Source: a virus (Duplodnaviria; Caudoviricetes). Taken from it: a DNA stretch of 59,542 nt. Shown piece after piece: positions 55,821 through 59,542 of the stretch (positions are counted from its first letter, which is position 1; each line of letters opens with the position of its first letter). The notes beneath the pieces were generated by a model that did no database searches, was not told the DNA's origin, and saw nothing but the letters and a program-made list of their open reading frames with translations. The translations under genes were made by a program, and so were the position numbers. The DNA lies in the IMG/VR virus record IMGVR_UViG_3300008120_005569, positions 1 through 59,542 of that record; one strand, written 5' to 3'.

Positions 55821-56261
55821 ATGATAAAATTATTAGACATATTAACTGAAGCCTCGAAAAGAAAGAGAGAGCGGTGGAAACCTGTTAAAGGCTACGAAGA
55901 TTCTTATGAAATTTCTTCAACGGGTAAGTTAAAACGTTTAGCGGGAAAATCACCGTTCAAACGTTCAGGATATGATGACACAACCATAAGTCACGAAGAA
56001 ATAATACTTAAACCAAGAAAAACTAAAAAGGGTTATTTGGAATGTGAACTTATAAAATATAATAATGGTAAACGAGTTGTAGAAAAATTCTATCTACATA
56101 GATTGGTTGCACAATCGTTTTTACCGCCACCCGAAAAAGGAAAGGATCAAATAAACCATAAGAACGGAATACCAACTGATAATAACTATGCTAATTTAGA
56201 ATGGGTTGATAATGACGAAAATCAACAACATGCTAAAGATAAAAGAAATGGTGATGAATAA
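55821..56261 (+). CDS. NUMOD4-HNH endonuclease with an extra N-terminal MIKLLDILTE leader
   Basis: ERWKPVKGYEDSYEISSTG (NUMOD4); HRLVAQSF...INHKNG...DN...NLEW...EN..H (HNH_3). Confidence 0.88.
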   Translation: MIKLLDILTEASKRKRERWKPVKGYEDSYEISSTGKLKRLAGKSPFKRSGYDDTTISHEEIILKPRKTKKGYLECELIKYNNGKRVVEKFYLHRLVAQSFLPPPEKGKDQINHKNGIPTDNNYANLEWVDNDENQQHAKDKRNGDE

Positions 56262-56302
56262 AGGGTTTGTTTAACAATAAGGTAATTTTATGGGATGGCG
56301 TC

Positions 56303-56509
56303 ATGTCAGAAAAAAAATCAAGAAAATACAAAGATGTTCTAGCAAAAACGTGCTTAATTTTAGGGACGTTCTTCAATCCGCTTGGATTCGATGCGGCTTT
56401 TGCTTTTGTGACAAAACTCACAGGAAGTTACATCGTCACAGATCTTATATTTTATGGTGTTGCGCTATTATTTTTTGGACTTTATTTTTTATTATCTCGT
56501 AGGAGTTAG
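56303..56509 (+). CDS. Small two-TM membrane protein
   Basis: Hydrophobic CLILGTFFNPLGFDAAFAFV and LIFYGVALLFFGLYFLL. Start uncertain (56267 TTG or 56303 ATG). Confidence 0.6.
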   Translation: MSEKKSRKYKDVLAKTCLILGTFFNPLGFDAAFAFVTKLTGSYIVTDLIFYGVALLFFGLYFLLSRRS

Positions 56510-56511
56510 TC

Positions 56512-56895
56512 GTGAATATATCATCAAGAACAAAATTAATGAAAGATGCTGAGCATCTTTTGACTGTTATACGTGAAGAAACAGAAGGTGTTGAGCCTAA
56601 AGTAGAGAAGGCTGCGAAAAAAATCAAAGATATAATGGTAGAAAAGAACGATAGAATCGCTGCTTTAATGGAAATTGCTAAATTGGTTGATGAAAAACAT
56701 TATACCGATATATTAAAAGCTGTTCAAGATATTCATAGTGTTTATGAAAAGGCAGAAAAAAAGGATCAACCTGTTTCTGTTGACAATCACTTTTTGGATA
56801 AATATACAGAATCAATTGAAGCTGCATTAATGGTTTGTTGCATGAATAAATTAAACAACAAAGAGTGTTCTCTGTTAAAAAGTTCAATCAGTTAA
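56512..56895 (+). CDS. Hypothetical protein
   Basis: GTG start with AGGAG RBS; 127 aa, helical. Confidence 0.65.
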   Translation: MNISSRTKLMKDAEHLLTVIREETEGVEPKVEKAAKKIKDIMVEKNDRIAALMEIAKLVDEKHYTDILKAVQDIHSVYEKAEKKDQPVSVDNHFLDKYTESIEAALMVCCMNKLNNKECSLLKSSIS

Positions 56896-56906
56896 TAGTA
56901 TAAAAA

Positions 56907-59542
56907 ATGCGTTCTACTTATGGAAATAAATTAGGCGGTGTGCCTAGATCAAACATTCAAGTTCCACCCGATGAAATTAGATACAGTCCAATTTTAAAGG
57001 CCGATGGAACGCGTGATAAGTTATTGGATTGGCAGTTATACTTCAAAAAAGAAGAAGACGGTGGTATATTACCTGAATATAAAACAGATCCGATTAGAGC
57101 TGATGAATTGGGTACAAATGAAATAAGTGAAGGTGGTGAGTTTGATTTCGGTAATATATTATATGCCTTTAGGGACATACGTTTAGTTCCATATTATGAT
57201 GAATTAAATAATAGAGTTACCACACAAATTGGTGGGGATACTATACCAGGAAAATGGGATTTAGTTGCTGACCTATACCTTTATTTAAAAAGAGACACTG
57301 TTATTCAGTCAAGAGGTTCTGAGGTAATAACTGAACACTTTTCTGGTATAGTACAATCCGATATTTTACTTTCATCGGGTCAATTGGAATACTCGTTAAA
57401 ACCATGTGATAATGGAAGAAATTATGTGGATTGGTATTATAAGTTTGATGTTGATGAAATAGAATCACTTTCAAATGTTGATTTAAAACAATTATCAAAA
57501 AATACAAATAAATCCATTGAATTAAGAGACCGTATTTTACGAGAAGTCGTATTAAATGGCGCACCAACAAAGATAGTATCTTTAGCAAAACGTGGTACTG
57601 TTCCAAAAGGACAGGGTGTTTTGCCGTTGAGTGGTGAATACACATCGGGTCAAGAAGAAGAAATAACGTGGGACGGATTCACACCTGACGGCAATCAATT
57701 AAGATTCTTTCAACCATCAACACCACCACAACCAGCACTACAAACTCAAACTAAAAATTGGATAGAGGCATTAAAGCAATCTGTATTAAACGCAATAAGA
57801 AATGCTGGAATAGAAAAACACGATAGACCAATAACACAAAATATAGTTTGGCAAACTATATGGAAAGCTTGGTCTGGCGCTAAGTACGATGGTGTATCAA
57901 TAGACGTTACGGACCCAAGATTGGATGATGATTCAACACATTATGATGGTGCGTTGTTACCATTAGAAGCTGAAGGACATCCCATAAATTCAGAATTCGC
58001 GTCAAACTATTATTTACCAAGAAATGTAAAATGGCTCAGAGTAAGTAAAAAATTGTTAGATGGTGCTTATCCAAATATAGGCAGAGGTAAAACATTATGT
58101 GTTGATGTACTTCCATCCGATGATTGTACTAAAGTTCCATTTAAATTGGTTGATGCTAAACGTAGAATTGATTCTGAGAGTTATAAATTCATATCAAAGG
58201 ACACATCGAAATACCACCCAATACCAGGTCAGCCCTGTTATCAAGGATTGCCAGCAACATACGAGAGAACTGCGGTATATGAATATACATCAAGTAAGGA
58301 ATGCTTTGATGGTAAGGTGGATTCAAACGGTAACTTAACAGGTCAAAGAAAAACACTATACAGTTATAATACAAAAACAGAAATAGAAAATGTTGTTGAA
58401 TGGGAAAACATAATCCGCAATTCAATATCAGCAACTTGTGAGTGCTATGAACTGTCTGTACAGAATCCACCATGTATAGATCCAAATGATCCTGATGGTT
58501 GTAATATAATGTATACTGATACAATATACACAATATGTCCTGATGATGGTCCATATTATTATAATAGTAGGGAAATTCCTCCAAATGCGGTTCCAACACG
58601 GTTAGAAATACGATACATAAGTGATCATGAATGTCATAATAACACAAAGATAGCTACATATTATCCTATTAGAATGGATAAAGATGTTATAAATTCATAC
58701 AAAACCATATTCACAGACGGGGAATTTAATTTCCCAACAGAGAGTGAATCATATCCCCAAGTATTTGATAAACCTGTGTGTCTATTGAATACAAATCAGA
58801 ATGAAGCTTCTAAAAAATATCATACTGATGTTATAATTAAAAATGAATTAGATAAATCAATAGAGTTTTCTTTGACTTATGCTAATAAGAATGGATTGGG
58901 TTCTGAGAAGATAGGGGAACGTGATAGTGATGCTATATCAAAATTGATTTATACACAATATAAATCTATATTAACTGAAAATAATTCAAATGAAATTTCC
59001 TTTTATGAAGACGGTGTTAAAAAAAGTAATCCCGATGATTACTATGTAATAAATTTTAATAACGATTCCATGAAAGACAGGATAGACGTTGGTAATTTCC
59101 AATTAAGTCTTATGGAAATAGAAACTTCATCAAGTATAATTTCCTTAATAGACAATTCATTCGACTTGGTAAACAACATATACTATTCAGAATCACCATA
59201 TTTTTCATTTAGTTTAGTTAGTGGCAGTCTATTAGACGGTCCATATCAAACTAATTCATTAACAACATACGGTGAAATGTATCCAAATTTAGGAATAATA
59301 ATTTTGGATTCTGAAAAATTAAATAGTGAATTGAATTTTACAACAGTAACTTCTTCAAATGTTTTTGCAAATAATGAAATGAATTTATTTACATCAATAA
59401 GTGGTGCAATGAGTCTTGGACACCCAATGCAGATAAGGAGTTCTGAACAAAAAGTTTCTAACCACTACTTTATAAGAGTTCCCGTTAACGAAGCTAACTA
59501 TACAAACAATCCAACATATCACAATGCTAATGGTAAGATAAC
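56907..59542 (+). CDS. Large structural (baseplate/tail) protein, 3' truncated; absent from the ORF track
   Basis: Hand translation gives a stop-free frame of ~878 codons from ATG 56907 (MRSTYGNKLGG...) to the window end, ending ...YGEMYPNLGIIILD...HYFIRVPVNEANYTNNPTY. Confidence 0.8.
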   Translation, partial: MRSTYGNKLGGVPRSNIQVPPDEIRYSPILKADGTRDKLLDWQLYFKKEEDGGILPEYKTDPIRADELGTNEISEGGEFDFGNILYAFRDIRLVPYYDELNNRVTTQIGGDTIPGKWDLVADLYLYLKRDTVIQSRGSEVITEHFSGIVQSDILLSSGQLEYSLKPCDNGRNYVDWYYKFDVDEIESLSNVDLKQLSKNTNKSIELRDRILREVVLNGAPTKIVSLAKRGTVPKGQGVLPLSGEYTSGQEEEITWDGFTPDGNQLRFFQPSTPPQPALQTQTKNWIEALKQSVLNAIRNAGIEKHDRPITQNIVWQTIWKAWSGAKYDGVSIDVTDPRLDDDSTHYDGALLPLEAEGHPINSEFASNYYLPRNVKWLRVSKKLLDGAYPNIGRGKTLCVDVLPSDDCTKVPFKLVDAKRRIDSESYKFISKDTSKYHPIPGQPCYQGLPATYERTAVYEYTSSKECFDGKVDSNGNLTGQRKTLYSYNTKTEIENVVEWENIIRNSISATCECYELSVQNPPCIDPNDPDGCNIMYTDTIYTICPDDGPYYYNSREIPPNAVPTRLEIRYISDHECHNNTKIATYYPIRMDKDVINSYKTIFTDGEFNFPTESESYPQVFDKPVCLLNTNQNEASKKYHTDVIIKNELDKSIEFSLTYANKNGLGSEKIGERDSDAISKLIYTQYKSILTENNSNEISFYEDGVKKSNPDDYYVINFNNDSMKDRIDVGNFQLSLMEIETSSSIISLIDNSFDLVNNIYYSESPYFSFSLVSGSLLDGPYQTNSLTTYGEMYPNLGIIILDSEKLNSELNFTTVTSSNVFANNEMNLFTSISGAMSLGHPMQIRSSEQKVSNHYFIRVPVNEANYTNNPTYHNANGKI

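Noticed and set aside
193-58647. Minus-strand ORFs and short alternate-frame plus-strand ORFs in the track (e.g. 29732-30511, 48796-49329, 55612-55824)
   Set aside because: They shadow well-supported + strand genes and have no recognisable motifs. 55612-55824 overlaps the better-supported 58-aa ORF and runs through its terminator.
1-59542. Stop-codon reassignment (TAG/TGA), as seen in some large phages
   Set aside because: Core genes are full length under the standard code, and TAA, TGA and TAG all end genes at sensible boundaries.
1-59542. tRNA, rRNA or tmRNA genes
   Set aside because: Intergenic gaps are short and AT-rich with no cloverleaf or T-loop signature seen by eye; a tRNAscan/Infernal run would be definitive.

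Overview
About 59.5 kb of an AT-rich, T4-like large myophage genome. All credible genes lie on the + strand and read with the standard code. Order: tail-fibre/RCC1/glycosyltransferase cluster; putative virion-internal and lysis proteins; terminase, portal, prohead protease, ribosomal protein bS21, scaffold and major capsid protein; PhoH and neck proteins; sheath, tube, RmlB, tail chaperone pair and tape measure; very large baseplate proteins; a thumb-less PolA; a replication block (SSB, RecA/UvsX, 5'-3' exonuclease, DnaB); an ATE/Bpt-like protein; class II RNR; a histone-H1(Hc1)-like protein missed by the ORF track; an HNH nuclease; and a long structural ORF cut by the window end. The arrangement resembles described bS21-encoding freshwater phages, suggesting a Bacteroidota/FCB host (inferred, not shown). 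The strongest unexplained signals are an ATATTTAT motif in most sizeable intergenic gaps (candidate phage late promoter, with apparent leaderless genes) and T4-like Glu-terminated capsid-targeting leaders on putative cargo proteins, including the HNH nuclease. All family assignments come from motif recognition by eye; no database searches were run.
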